Shown here: positions 27,310-37,576 of the stretch, in pieces
How the letters are laid out: each line of letters opens with the position of its first letter
How positions within the stretch are numbered: position 1 is the stretch's first letter
Assembly (NCBI GenBank): GCA_963702435.1
Contig: CAVPCR010000001.1
Span: 1,280,001-1,344,000, forward strand
Direction: 5' to 3'
Length of the DNA stretch: 64,000 nt
Source: Candidatus Eiseniibacteriota bacterium
GTDB lineage: Bacteria; Eisenbacteria; RBG-16-71-46; CAVPCR01
The notes under the pieces: model-generated
The model's database searches: none
What the model was told of the DNA's origin: nothing
The model's input: the letters and a program-made list of their open reading frames with translations, nothing else
Program-made: the position numbers and the translations under genes

Positions 27310-30013
27310 ATGCACCTCCGTCGACCGACTCATGGACTGACCACGGCGCTCTTGACCGTTTGCGTGCTGGCCGCCCAGGCACGGAGCGCCGCGAGTGCGC
27401 CGCCGCTGCCGTCGCTGTCCCTCGCCGACGCCTGGCGCGACTCGCCCGACGGCGATCCGGCCGTGCGCACGCTCACCGTCCCCGCCGATCTCGTCCCGCT
27501 CGGCCCCGCCGGCACCACCCCCGCACCGGACGTGGCGGCGACCATCACAGCCGACTTCGCGCCGAACGGGATCGCCCCGGAGGGCGACTCCCCGACCGGA
27601 GCCGCCTTCACGCCGGATGGGACGAGGATCGTCGTCGCCCACCGCGACACCCGGAACCTGATCGTGTTCGATGCGGCGACCCGTGCCTTCATCGATGAGA
27701 TCCCGCTCTCCGGTTCACCGAACGGGGTCGCCATCTCCCCGGACGGAACGCGCGCCGTCACCCCCAACGTCTACGAGGACACCGCCTCGATCGTCGATCT
27801 CACGACCGGCGCCGAGATCGCCGTCGTTCCGGTCGGCGATCAGCCGGGGGTCGTCCGCATCTCCCCCGACGGCACGATCGCCGTCGTCGGCAACACGGTG
27901 AGCTCGAACCTCTCGGTGATCAACCTGGCGACGGCGACCGAAGTGCGCCGGATCGCGGGCGTCGCCTTCGTCGGCTCGGTCGGGATCTCCTTCGAGGCCG
28001 GCGCCGTCACCGCTTCGTTCTCGCCCTTCGAGTTCGCGGGCAACACGCGCCTCGTCCACCCCGACTACTACGGGAACCGCATCCTGATCGTCAACATCAC
28101 CACGGGCGTCGTGACTTCGCTCGCCTCGAGCGCAACGCCGCGCGGAGTCGCCGTGACGCCCGACGGCACGAAGGCGGTCGTCACCCATGTCCTCACGCCG
28201 CGGACCGTGTCGGTCGTCGATCCGGCGGCGGCCGCCATCGTCAAGACGATCGCGGTCGGCGCCGACCTCGACGGACCGGTGGCGATCGACCCCACCGGCA
28301 CCAAGGCCGTGGTCGCCGTGCTCAACGCCTGCCGGGTCGTGAACCTCATCACGAACGCGGTGTCGGCGAGCCTCAACACCGCGTCCGTGAATCAGCTCCT
28401 CTCGACCGCGGACGGCAGCTACGCCCTCGCCGTGGGCTTCCGCGGCGCCCTGGTCAGCTATGCGTCGGAGACCGTGGTCAAGGAATTGAACAACGTGGTC
28501 TCGACCGCGCTCGGCGCGGTGTCGCCCACCGGCCCGCGCGCCGCCATGGTCGCCAACCTCTTCGGCGAGGACATGCTGGTCGTCAACACCAACGGCGCCG
28601 CCGGCTTCATCGAGGGGGTCCTCCCCTCGGGTCCGCCGCCCGAGGGCGACAAGGCGCGCTCGGTCGCCCTCCGCCCCGACGGTTCGGAGGCCGTCGCCGT
28701 CAACATCTTCAGCGACAACGTGTCGATCGTGGATGTCGGAACGCTGGCCACCGCTGCCATCCTCCCGGTCGGCAACCGGCCGTCGGAGGTCGAGATCACA
28801 CCCGACGGCTTGAAGGCGGTCATCGCCAATCTCGATTCCGACTTCGTCTCGGTCGTGAACCTGGTGACCCGCACGGTGACCAACATCCCGATCTCGACCC
28901 GCGGCAGCGAGGTCGAGATCTCTCCCGACGGCCAGTACGCCTACATCGCCGTGGTCGTCAGCGACGGCGTGTGGCGGATCAACCTCCAGACCCTGTCGGT
29001 CGCCGGACCGTTCGTCGTCACCGGCAACATGGGCTCGATCAACTACCCGTACTCGCAGTCGAGCGGCATCACCCTGAGCCACGACGGCGCGACGCTCGTC
29101 ACCTGCAACAGCTTCTCCAACTCGATCTCGATCATCGACACAGGGACCTGGGCGGTGGTGAAGACGCTCGGCGTCGGCACCTTCCCTGTGCGCGCCACCT
29201 TCTCGGCCGACGACTCGCTCATCTACATCGCGAGCCGCGACGACGATCGGATCACCGAGGTCGCGAACGCCGGCGGCTCGTCGGTCGTCCTTCGCACGAT
29301 CGCGGTCGGCGACTGGCCGTACCAGATGGTGCTGGCGCCGAGCGGTACCAGGCTCTACGTCGCCAACTATCTCGCCGAGAACATCGGCGTCGTGAACCTC
29401 GCGACCGGCGTGATGACGAGCGTGATCCCGCTGCCCGATCCGCCGGCGGGGATCGCCATCGATCCGACCGGCGCGTTCCTCTATGCGACGACCGGCACCT
29501 GGTCGGTGAGCCTCGGGCCCGGTCCGGTCTACTCGATCGCGACGAGCGGCCAGTTCTCGGTCATCGACCTCGGCACCCAGTCGATCGTCGAGCAGGCCGT
29601 GACGGGCATTCCCCCGGCCATGCTCGACTTGAACGCGAGCGCCAGCCTCGCCGCCGCACCCTCGCCATTCGGGGACGGCGTGACGCTCGTCGCCGGCCTC
29701 GCGACGACCGGCCTCGACGCGCCGCGAGCCGGCGCCGCGCCTCACCCTCGGGGCTCCGGCGCCGAACCCGATGCGCGCCGGCACCACCTTTGCGTTGACG
29801 CTGCCCGCGGCGGCGGACGTGGAGATCGCCATTCACGATGTGAGCGGCCGCGCCGTCGCCACGCTCGTGCAGGCAGGCGCGCCCGCGGGGCGTCTCGAGC
29901 TCGGCTGGGACGGGCGCGGTGCGCGCGGCGAGCGCGTACCGGCAGGGCTCTATGTGGCGCGGATCCGCGCCGGGTCCGCGGAGAGAGCGGTCAAGTTCGT
30001 CGTCGTACGGTAG
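27310..30013 (+). CDS. Secreted YVTN/YncE-type multi-beta-propeller protein with FlgD-Ig/T9SS-like CTD (one frameshift near 29735)
   Basis: Many (I/F)(S/T)PDG repeats and VxVGxxP motifs. The CTD LTLGAPAPNP...IHDVSGRAV...WDGRG...AGLY...VVVR* lies in the frame of ORF 29771-30013. Confidence 0.85.
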
Positions 30014-30115
30014 GCGCCGGCGCCCGCCGCGGTTGGCGGTAGGCGCCGGCGGGCCCGGCCCCGGCGCCGGCCCCGAAGCCGGCGCCGGGCCACGCCGTGC
30101 TAGACTGACGGCGGC

Positions 30116-30910
30116 ATGCTGATCAAGGACTCGAAGGAGCGCTTCAGCGCCACGGCCGGCCTCTACGCGCGCTGGCGTCCGACCTATCCGGTGGCGATTC
30201 GCGATTTCCTGGTCGGGCTCATTCCGCCGGCGGCCCTACGCCGCGACGGCCGCCGGCCCGTGATCGCCGATCTCGGCTGCGGCACCGGCATCTCGACCCG
30301 GCTTCTCGCCGCGCCCGATCGCCGCCTGATCGGGATCGAGCCGAACGCCGACATGCTCGCGGAGGCCCGGCGCACGACTCCGCCCGAGCTCGCGATCGAG
30401 TACCGGGGCGGCGAGGCGGCCGCCACCGGACTCCCGGCGGCGAGCGTCGACCTCGTCGTCGCCGGCCAGGCCTTCCACTGGTTCGATCTCGAAGCGACCT
30501 GCGCCGAGATCCGCCGCATCCTGATTCCTGCGGGTTTCGCTGCCGCCTTCTGGAACGTGCGCGATGAGGCGAGCTCGCCGCTCAACGTCGAGTACCGGGT
30601 GCTCCTCGAGCGCTCATCCATCGAGTACGAGAAGGCCGCCAAGGCGGAGCCGACTATCGCGCGCATCAGCGCCGCGGCGACGGTCACCGATCTCCGTCGC
30701 GCCGAGTTCACGCACCGCCAGGAGCTCGACCGCGAGGGGTTCCTCGGCCGCGCTTACTCGAGCTCCTACGTGATGCACGGGGTGCCGGCGGCGGCGCGTC
30801 CCGCCTTCGATGCCGAGCTCGACCGGTTGTTCGACCGCCACGCCGCGGGCGGCCGGGTCGAGCTCCGCTATCGCACGCTCGTGATCGCGTTCCGGCTGCG
30901 GAGAGACTGA
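30116..30910 (+). CDS. Class I SAM-dependent methyltransferase
   Basis: RFS..AGLYARWRPTYP, ADLGCGTG, GIEPNADM, AGQAFHWFD. TGcTAGACT ends 9 nt before the ATG. Confidence 0.92.
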   Translation: MLIKDSKERFSATAGLYARWRPTYPVAIRDFLVGLIPPAALRRDGRRPVIADLGCGTGISTRLLAAPDRRLIGIEPNADMLAEARRTTPPELAIEYRGGEAAATGLPAASVDLVVAGQAFHWFDLEATCAEIRRILIPAGFAAAFWNVRDEASSPLNVEYRVLLERSSIEYEKAAKAEPTIARISAAATVTDLRRAEFTHRQELDREGFLGRAYSSSYVMHGVPAAARPAFDAELDRLFDRHAAGGRVELRYRTLVIAFRLRRD

Positions 30911-31743
30911 TGACTTCCCGCGGCGCCGCGTCCCTCACCTTGGTCCTGGCGCTCGCCGCGACGCACCCTGCGCTCGTCGCCGCCGCCGACCGCTGGGAAA
31001 CGCTCGAGCCCGGCCTCGAGCTCGGCGAGCTGGCCATGCCCGCAGCCTCGACCAGCGGCGACTCCCGGGTCACGGTGCTGCGCGCCGACCCCGCCCTCTT
31101 CGAGCTCCAGCTCCTTTCCGCCTCCGCCCCGGACCAGGGCGCGGCCCACTCGGCCCGCGACTGGTGCGAGCGCGCGGGCCTCCTCGCCGCCATCAACGCC
31201 AGCATGTACCAGGAAGATCTCAAGACCAGCGTGAGCCTCATGCGCACGCCCGGGCACGTCAACAACCCTCGCCTCACGCGCGACCGGGCGGTGCTCGCCT
31301 TCGACCGCACCGACGAGAGCGTGCCGGCGGCAGACATCATCGATCTCACCTGTCAGAATTTCACGACCCTCCGCGACAAGTACCGCTCGTTCGTGCAGAG
31401 CATTCGCATGGTAAGCTGCGAGGGAAAGAACATGTGGCAGCAGCAGCCGCGTCGCTTCTCGACCGCGGCGATCGCCGTCGACAAGAGCGGGCGCGTGCTG
31501 TTCATCCATTGCCGCTCGCCCTACTCGACTCACGATTTCATCGACGGACTGCTGGCGCTGCCGCTCGACATCGCCAGGGCCATGTACGTCGAGGGCGGCC
31601 CGCAGGCGCAGCTCTATGTGCGGGCGGGGCGTCGCGAGATCGAGCGCGTTGGCCTGTTCGAGAATCCGATCCTCGAGAACGACGAGGATCAGGGGGGCTG
31701 GCCGATCCCGAACGTGGTCGGCATCGCCCGGAGGAAGCCATGA
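30910..31743 (+). CDS. Phosphodiester glycosidase (NAGPA/DUF2233)-like secreted protein
   Basis: Signal peptide, WETLEPGLE, AAINASMY, AMYVEGG, IPNVVGI. Overlaps both neighbours. Confidence 0.78.
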   Translation: MTSRGAASLTLVLALAATHPALVAAADRWETLEPGLELGELAMPAASTSGDSRVTVLRADPALFELQLLSASAPDQGAAHSARDWCERAGLLAAINASMYQEDLKTSVSLMRTPGHVNNPRLTRDRAVLAFDRTDESVPAADIIDLTCQNFTTLRDKYRSFVQSIRMVSCEGKNMWQQQPRRFSTAAIAVDKSGRVLFIHCRSPYSTHDFIDGLLALPLDIARAMYVEGGPQAQLYVRAGRREIERVGLFENPILENDEDQGGWPIPNVVGIARRKP

Positions 31744-32300
31744 ACCTGACCCGCAAGCTCCGCGACCTGGCCGGCCTGGCCAAGGATGCGATGGGCCTCG
31801 GCGGCGATCTCGCGCTCGCGCCGGGCGCCCCGGCCCCCGATTTCGCCGCCCTCGATCAGCACGGCACCCGGCGCACGCTCGCCGAGTTCCGCGGCCGGAG
31901 GCTCCTGCTCTGGTTCTACCCCAAGGCCGAAACCCCGGGCTGAACGCTCGAGGGCAATGGATTCCGGGCGCGAATCCACGAGTTCACGGCACGGAACACC
32001 GCGGTGGTCGGGGTGAGCTTCGACCCCGTCGCCGCCAACTGCGCGTTCGCGGAGAAACGCGGGTTCGACTACCTGCTGCTCTCCGACACCGACCGCCAGC
32101 TCGGGCTCGCCTACGGTGCCGCGACCGACGCCGCCGCCGGCTTCGCGCGGCGCGTGAGCTTCCTCATCGACGAGGAGGGCATCATCCGGAAGACCTATCC
32201 GCAGGTGAACCCGGGCGCGCATCCGGACGAGGTGCTGCGCGATCTCGACGCTCTCGGCGGCGGAGCGCCGGCGGGGAGCGGTGACCCGGCGGCTCCCTGA
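31740..32300 (+). CDS. bcp: Selenocysteine-containing peroxiredoxin (BCP/PrxQ type)
   Basis: APDF...LLWFYPKAETPG-TGA(31941-31943)-TLEGNGFR...VVGVSFD...LLSD...ARRVSFLIDEEG. The UGA falls exactly at the peroxidatic Cys of PxxxTPGC, and the frame continues into ORF 32004-32300. Confidence 0.88.
31958..31978 (+). promoter_or_regulatory. SECIS-like hairpin
   Basis: UGGAUUC-CGGGCGC-GAAUCCA, a 7-bp stem after a 14 nt gap from the UGA, extendable by CUCG/CGAG. Confidence 0.6.
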
Positions 32301-32932
32301 TGACTCTCCCGGCCGGCACGCGCCGCGGCGATCTTCCCGCCGACCCGCTCGCCGCCCTGCCGCTCGGGACGGCGACCGCACCCGAATGGGTCGCCGTCGC
32401 CACGGCCGACCTCGATGCGCTCCTCATCGATCACGCGCACTGCGAGCTCAAGGCGGCTGCGAACGCCATGGCCATGGCGGGACGCTACGCCGAGCACACG
32501 GCACTCGTCCGCGATCTGACCGCCCTCGCGCGCGAGGAGCTCCGGCACTTCGATCAAGTGCATACCCTCGTGCGCGAGCGCGGGCGCGCGCTCACCCGCC
32601 CCGAGCCGGACCGCTACGTGAAGGAGCTCGAGCAGCGCACGCGGCGCGGCGGATCGGCGGTCATGGCGCTTCTCGACCAGCTCTTGCGCTGCGGGTTCAT
32701 CGAGGCCCGCTCCTGCGAGCGCTTCCGCATCCTCGCCGGCGCCGCGTTGCCGCCACCGTTCAGCGACTTCTACGCGGAGCTCGCCGCGGCCGAAGCGCGG
32801 CATCACCTTCTCTTCTTCGAGCACGCCGCCCGCGCCGCGGGCGACGAGACCGCGCGGGTGCGCGCGCTCGAGATCGCCGCGATCGAGGCCGCGATCGTGC
32901 GGGCGCTGCCGGCGGCCGCGCGCATCCACTAG
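32300..32932 (+). CDS. miaE: tRNA-(ms2io6A) hydroxylase, ferritin-like
   Basis: LLIDHAHCELKAA, AREELRHF, IEARSCERF, AEARH, ARIH. Confidence 0.9.
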   Translation: MTLPAGTRRGDLPADPLAALPLGTATAPEWVAVATADLDALLIDHAHCELKAAANAMAMAGRYAEHTALVRDLTALAREELRHFDQVHTLVRERGRALTRPEPDRYVKELEQRTRRGGSAVMALLDQLLRCGFIEARSCERFRILAGAALPPPFSDFYAELAAAEARHHLLFFEHAARAAGDETARVRALEIAAIEAAIVRALPAAARIH

Positions 32933-32979
32933 AGCCGCTGCGTACGCTCCGCGCTCCCCGCTCCGCGCGCCCGATTGGA

Positions 32980-33007
32980 GAACCCTTTCAGCCCGTGTGG
33001 CGTCTAA
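32980..33007 (+). promoter_or_regulatory. ECF-sigma-like promoter
   Basis: GAACC-N16-CGTCTAA, matching the AAC/CGT pattern typical of ECF promoters, upstream of small ORF 33136. Confidence 0.5.
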
Positions 33008-33135
33008 AAAAATGCCGGGAGCGTGGTCGTAAGAGATGGGTGGGAGGGGCACGCCGGGAGCCCCGTGCGGGATCCGCGGCGCGACCCCGGACTCCGGCCG
33101 AGCCGGACAAGCGACAGGGAAAGGGGGTGTTCTCG

Positions 33136-33351
33136 ATGCTGGAAGAGCTCCGCACCTCGGATCGCGAGCTCGAGCGACAGGTGTGTTGGGACACCTTCCT
33201 CGATGCCTACTCGCTCTATCTGAGCGAGCCGACACCGCTCAACGCCGCCAACCTGCACCTGGCCGGCGTCGCGCTCGCCCAGTGCGACCGGGACTTTTCA
33301 CTCGGGGACTTCGAGTCCATGCATCTGGGCTGGAACCTCGCAGCCCTGTGA
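33136..33351 (+). CDS. Small hypothetical protein (71 aa)
   Basis: AAGGGGGTG SD-like element. MLEELRTSDRELERQVCWDTFLDAYSLYL... has GC-rich third positions and real-protein composition. Confidence 0.65.
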   Translation: MLEELRTSDRELERQVCWDTFLDAYSLYLSEPTPLNAANLHLAGVALAQCDRDFSLGDFESMHLGWNLAAL

Positions 33352-33578
33352 CTTGTAGGAGACAGTGTCCGGCGAGAAGCGCAAGTCAAGGAGACGGCGG
33401 CGCCGGAGCTGCGACGACCTCTTCCACTCGCTCGAAGGGCGGCGGGCCCACTCCCAGGGGCCCGAGATGCGGTCGAGAGGCCAGCGCGCTCCGGCGCCTC
33501 ATTCGTGGTGCGCGAGGACCCACCGCTACCCCGCTTCTGGTTGTCACGACCGAGACCGGTTGCTAGACTGGTCCACCC

Positions 33579-34424
33579 ATGGTTGACCTCAGACACACCC
33601 GCTCTTCGCGCCGGGCGCGACCGACCCGCTCCCGCGCCGCCATGGTCCCGAGTGCCGTCCTGGCGGCGGCATTCTGCTTCCTCCTGTCCCTTTCCTCCCC
33701 GGTCGCCGCCAAGGACGCCAAGGACGTCAAGGACGACACCTCGCGCCTCCTCGGCCAGGCTCAGAAGCTCGTGGCGGCCGGCCAAGCCGATTCGGCGCTC
33801 GCGCTCCTCCGCACTCCCCTCCTCGCGAGCGCGGGGGATGGACGGATCGAGCGCGCGCTCGTCGAGTCGGCGCTCGCGGGCGGCATCCCGGACCTGGGTG
33901 TCATCGTGATCGAGGAGACGCTTCGCCTGCGACCCGGCGACTCGAATCTCCACGTGGCCCTCGGCGAGCTCGAGCTCGGGCGCCGGCGGCCCGACGTGGC
34001 GGTCCGCCACTTCCAGCGCGCGATCATCATCGACAGCACATCGCCGGCCGCGCTCGGCGGCTTCGCGCGCGCACGCGCCAGGCAGGGGACCGACCTCGCG
34101 CCCGCGGTCTCCTACTTAGACAAGCTGGCCAAGGAGCGGCCCGGCACCCCGCAGCCGCGCTACGGGAAGGGTGTCCTCCTCGCCGAGGCCGGACGGCTCG
34201 ACGAGTCGCTCACCGAGTTCCGCTGGGCGATCGGTCTCGAGGAGAACAACTGGATCTACGAGCGCGACTATGGCCGCGCTCTCGTCGCCATGGGCAACGA
34301 GAGCGGCGGGGTCGAGCATCTCGAGAAGGCGCGCCGCCTGGTCGCCGCGAGCGGCGATCCGGTGACGGCCGAGAGGATCGCCGCCGAGATTCGCAGCCGC
34401 CCCAGCGCGGGCAAGCCGGACTAG
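33579..34424 (+). CDS. Secreted TPR protein
   Basis: Signal peptide and tandem TPR-like helices. TGcTAGACT ends 9 nt before the ATG. Confidence 0.8.
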   Translation: MVDLRHTRSSRRARPTRSRAAMVPSAVLAAAFCFLLSLSSPVAAKDAKDVKDDTSRLLGQAQKLVAAGQADSALALLRTPLLASAGDGRIERALVESALAGGIPDLGVIVIEETLRLRPGDSNLHVALGELELGRRRPDVAVRHFQRAIIIDSTSPAALGGFARARARQGTDLAPAVSYLDKLAKERPGTPQPRYGKGVLLAEAGRLDESLTEFRWAIGLEENNWIYERDYGRALVAMGNESGGVEHLEKARRLVAASGDPVTAERIAAEIRSRPSAGKPD

Positions 34425-34461
34425 CGCACGCGGCGCTCGCCGCCGGGCGCCGCCGCCTCGC

Positions 34462-35229
34462 CTACCCGCCGTACTCCTCGACCTGAACGCGCTTCCGGAA
34501 GGCCGCGTCGTCGATCCGATCCTCCGCCCGTTCCCTGACATCCGCCATGCGCACGCGCAGGACGAGGGTCGTGATCTTCTTCTCGCCCCACGGGCCGTCG
34601 CTCGGACGGGCGACCAGGGTCACCCACTCGTTGCCGGGGATCGCATCGAGCAGGTCGCCGTACCGGGCGCACAGCCCGACCAGCTCCTCCTTGACGCGCA
34701 CATAACCGAGAGCACGTTTCGCGGCCAGCTTCTCGCTTGCCGCCTCGACCTTGTCCTGCCTGGTCTTCTGCTGCTCCTTCGCGTCCTTCTCCGAGTCCTT
34801 CGGCGCGACGAGCACATCGCCGTCATGGCCGAGGTAGAGGTCGAGATCGTCCATCTCGGCGATCCGGTCGATCGCCGCCATGTGGAGGCCGGCGAACGGC
34901 GGGGATCCGACGAGGGAGAACTGGAAGGCGAAGACGGCGCCCTGGCCGGGCACGTAGGCGCCGACGGTGTTGCGCCCGCGCGAGACGAGCGCATGATCGC
35001 TCTCGATCAGGACATCGTCGACCAGGCGGGAGAACACGCCGATCTGCCGGTTGACCTTCTTGTGCGGGCTCGATCCCGGCAGCGGGTCGTCGACGGTCGA
35101 GGCCGCCGCCGGCGACGAATCGGCGCCGACAACGAGGAAGGCCGCAGCCGCGAGCAGGGCCATCGTTCGCCCCGCGCGAGCCCTGACCAGCGGAGACCGA
35201 ACGAAGTTCGGGATGGATACGCGCATCAT
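34462..35229 (-). CDS. Secreted hypothetical protein
   Basis: GGAGGTG SD, signal peptide, GAYVPGQGAVF segment, charged helical insert. Confidence 0.72.
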   Translation of the reverse strand: MMRVSIPNFVRSPLVRARAGRTMALLAAAAFLVVGADSSPAAASTVDDPLPGSSPHKKVNRQIGVFSRLVDDVLIESDHALVSRGRNTVGAYVPGQGAVFAFQFSLVGSPPFAGLHMAAIDRIAEMDDLDLYLGHDGDVLVAPKDSEKDAKEQQKTRQDKVEAASEKLAAKRALGYVRVKEELVGLCARYGDLLDAIPGNEWVTLVARPSDGPWGEKKITTLVLRVRMADVRERAEDRIDDAAFRKRVQVEEYGG

Positions 35230-35658
35230 GACCAGCACCTCCCCGGGCCGAGGTGCGGATGCAGGCGACGTCAGGGCCCGGACAGCCGCTCGCACCGTCA
35301 ACCGAACCCGATCTCGACCCCGGCTGGGATAGCCCCTAGGATAGCTGCCCGGGGCGTGTGACGAAGCCGATCCGGCCGTCGTGAAGGGGGGATTCCGGCG
35401 CCGGCGCCCGCACGATCGCGACTGGCTTCGATCGGGGGCGCGGGCCGGAGATCACGAGCCAGGAGAAAGGCCCGGGGGGACGGAGACCAACCGCGGGGCT
35501 TCATTCGAGGCCCCACGCTGCCCCCAGCGCTTTTCGTGCGGCCTCCGTCCGCCCGCGGGCTGTCCTTCTGGCATTTCCGTAGACGCGGCGGGCGGCACCC
35601 TTGTTGTGCTTTTTTGAGGGGTGCGCCCGGGCGGGCGGCCGGTGTCGAGGGCGGCGGC

Positions 35659-36123
35659 CTAGAACGGAGACCAGGGGTGCTCGTCACCCACGGCGTTGCA
35701 GATGACATCCGTCGGCGCGCCATCCACGATGACGATCGTGTAGTCGTCGTACGTGGCATCCTGGCTGGCCGGGCACTCGGCCGCGTCGGGCTGGAGGATT
35801 TCGGGCTGGAGGATCGACACGCTCATGTTGCCGTCGGGGACGACATGATCCCCGCAGTAGAGGAGCGCCGCTTCGAACACCTGGTGCTGCTGGTGGCGAC
35901 AGGCGTTCCGCTGGGCACCCAGCCGGCCCTGTGAGAAGTAGGGTGCCCCGACCGTGATCAGGATCCCGATGATCGTGACGACGATCATGAGCTCGACCAG
36001 GGTGAACCCGGCCGCGGCGCGCCGCAGGCCGCGGAGGGTGGCCAGCTGGGATTCGGCTGTCGCCGGCGGGGCGGCGGTCGCCGACCGCGGGGGGTGTACC
36101 CTTAAGTCGATGAAAGCCATCAT
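35659..36123 (-). CDS. Type IV pilin / pseudopilin (prepilin N-methyl-Phe motif)
   Basis: G|FTLVELMIVVTIIGIL followed by a short Cys-containing globular domain. Start uncertain (36120-36156). Confidence 0.85.
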   Translation of the reverse strand: MMAFIDLRVHPPRSATAAPPATAESQLATLRGLRRAAAGFTLVELMIVVTIIGILITVGAPYFSQGRLGAQRNACRHQQHQVFEAALLYCGDHVVPDGNMSVSILQPEILQPDAAECPASQDATYDDYTIVIVDGAPTDVICNAVGDEHPWSPF

Positions 36124-36242
36124 CCGGTCCACGATCGTTGCGCCTTTCACGGTCATCGGGCTGCCGCGGGTCGGGCCGTTCCATCGAGCGGCCCGATCGA
36201 GCCATTTGGCCCGCCGTACTGCCTTGCTCTCGCCGACAGGAC

Positions 36243-36257
36243 GCAAGGACGGTGCCA
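36243..36257 (-). promoter_or_regulatory. Sigma54 promoter upstream of the pilin gene
   Basis: Minus strand TGGCAC-CGTCC-TTGC, a perfect TGGCAC-N5-TTGC consensus. Confidence 0.75.
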
Positions 36258-36433
36258 GGCGGCTCCACTCCCCGCGGCTTGCCCCGTCCATCTCCGGGCA
36301 GGGAGCCTTGACTGCGGCCGGCATGCGACTTAGGGAGATCGGACCGGCCCGCGCCGTACCGGAGGCCGGGCCGGACCGGCACCCCGCACCTGGCTCGACC
36401 TCGCGCGACCTCCGCGCTGGCGCGCGGCCCGCG

Positions 36434-36463
36434 TTGCAGGATGCCACGGGATGCATCCTGCAA
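36434..36463. promoter_or_regulatory. 11-bp inverted repeat between the divergent pilin and rsgA genes
   Basis: TTGCAGGATGC-N8-GCATCCTGCAA. Confidence 0.5.
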
Positions 36464-36540
36464 TCCGCGGCCGGGCCGGCCGCGGGCGGCCTGCACGGGC
36501 GATCCGGTGCGGCGATCGGCATCAGCAGTGAGCGAGCAGG

Positions 36541-37488
36541 ATGAGCGATAAGAAGGACCAGCGACCCGCGGCGTTCATGCACGGCACGATCATCCGAATC
36601 GACGCGCGCGAGAGCCAGGTGGCGATTCCGGGCGGGGTGTTGCGCTGCGTCCTCCGCGGCCGGCTCACCGCGGCCCGCGGCGACGACAAGCGACTCCTGG
36701 CGGTCGGCGACCATGTGCGGGTGCGCCCGCTCGACCCCGACCGCGGTGCCATCGAGGAGATCCTCCCGCGGCGGACCAAGCTGTCGCGACGCGCGGCGGG
36801 ACCCGAGCGCCGCGAACAGGTGGTCGCCGCGAACATCGATCAGCTCGTGATCGTCTCCGCGCTCGCCGATCCGCCGCTCAACCTGAACCTGGTCGATCGC
36901 TACCTGGTCGCTGCCGGACGCGGCGGACTCGACGCGCTGATCTGCGTCAACAAGATCGACTGCGGCACCGAGGCCGAGCGGGAAGCAGCCCGGGTTTCGC
37001 TCGCGCCCTACGCGGCACTGGGGATTCCGCTCGTGTGGACGAGCGCGCGGACCGGGAGCGGGATCGATGCGCTCCGCGACCGACTGGCCGGGCGCACCAG
37101 CGTGTTCGCCGGGAAGTCGGGCGTCGGCAAGTCGGCGCTCCTGAACGCCGTCGAGCCCGGGCTCGAGCTGCGCGCGGGGGAGATCTCGGCGGCGACCGGC
37201 AAGGGCCGGCACACGACCACCTACTCCTCGCTCCTGCCACTCGCCAACGGCGGATTCGTCATCGACACGCCGGGGATCCGCTCGTACACGCTGTGGGAAA
37301 CCGAGCCCGGCGATCTCGACCGCCACTTCCCGGAGATTTACGCGCAGCGCGGCGGATGCCGCTTCGCCAACTGCACCCACAGCCACGAGCCCGAGTGCGC
37401 GGTGAAGGAGGCGGTGGCGGCCGGGAAGATCGAGGGGCGGCGCTTCGCGAGCTACCTGCGCCTCCTCGCCGGACTCGAGGAGGAGTGA
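36541..37488 (+). CDS. rsgA: Ribosome small subunit-dependent GTPase A
   Basis: AVGD, ANID, NKID, GKSGVGKS, GRHTTT, DTPG and CRFANCTHSHEPEC Zn motif. Confidence 0.96.
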   Translation: MSDKKDQRPAAFMHGTIIRIDARESQVAIPGGVLRCVLRGRLTAARGDDKRLLAVGDHVRVRPLDPDRGAIEEILPRRTKLSRRAAGPERREQVVAANIDQLVIVSALADPPLNLNLVDRYLVAAGRGGLDALICVNKIDCGTEAEREAARVSLAPYAALGIPLVWTSARTGSGIDALRDRLAGRTSVFAGKSGVGKSALLNAVEPGLELRAGEISAATGKGRHTTTYSSLLPLANGGFVIDTPGIRSYTLWETEPGDLDRHFPEIYAQRGGCRFANCTHSHEPECAVKEAVAAGKIEGRRFASYLRLLAGLEEE

Positions 37489-37508
37489 GGCGCCCGGGGG
37501 CGCGCGCT

Positions 37509-37576
37509 GCGCTACGCGGGCGGCCCGGGATCACCGCTACGCGGACAGCCCGGGATACCCGCTACGCGGACAGCTT
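37509..37576. repeat. Three 25-bp tandem repeats containing the SMC-like gene stop codon
   Basis: CGCTACGCGG(A/G)C(A/G)GC cores in units starting at 37509, 37534 and 37559. Confidence 0.8.

Noticed and set aside
35384..35640. tmRNA or other structured RNA (TGGCTTCGATCGGGG fragment and hairpins)
   Set aside because: No GGGG 5' acceptor stem, no TCCACCA end and no tag ORF. GC-rich hairpins are expected by chance.
36130..36260. c-di-GMP-I riboswitch upstream of the pilin (GAAA..GGCGCAA and GGACGCAA fragments)
   Set aside because: I could not build the P1/P2 stems or the GGCAAA element, and the GGACGCAA match overlaps the reverse complement of the sigma54 site.
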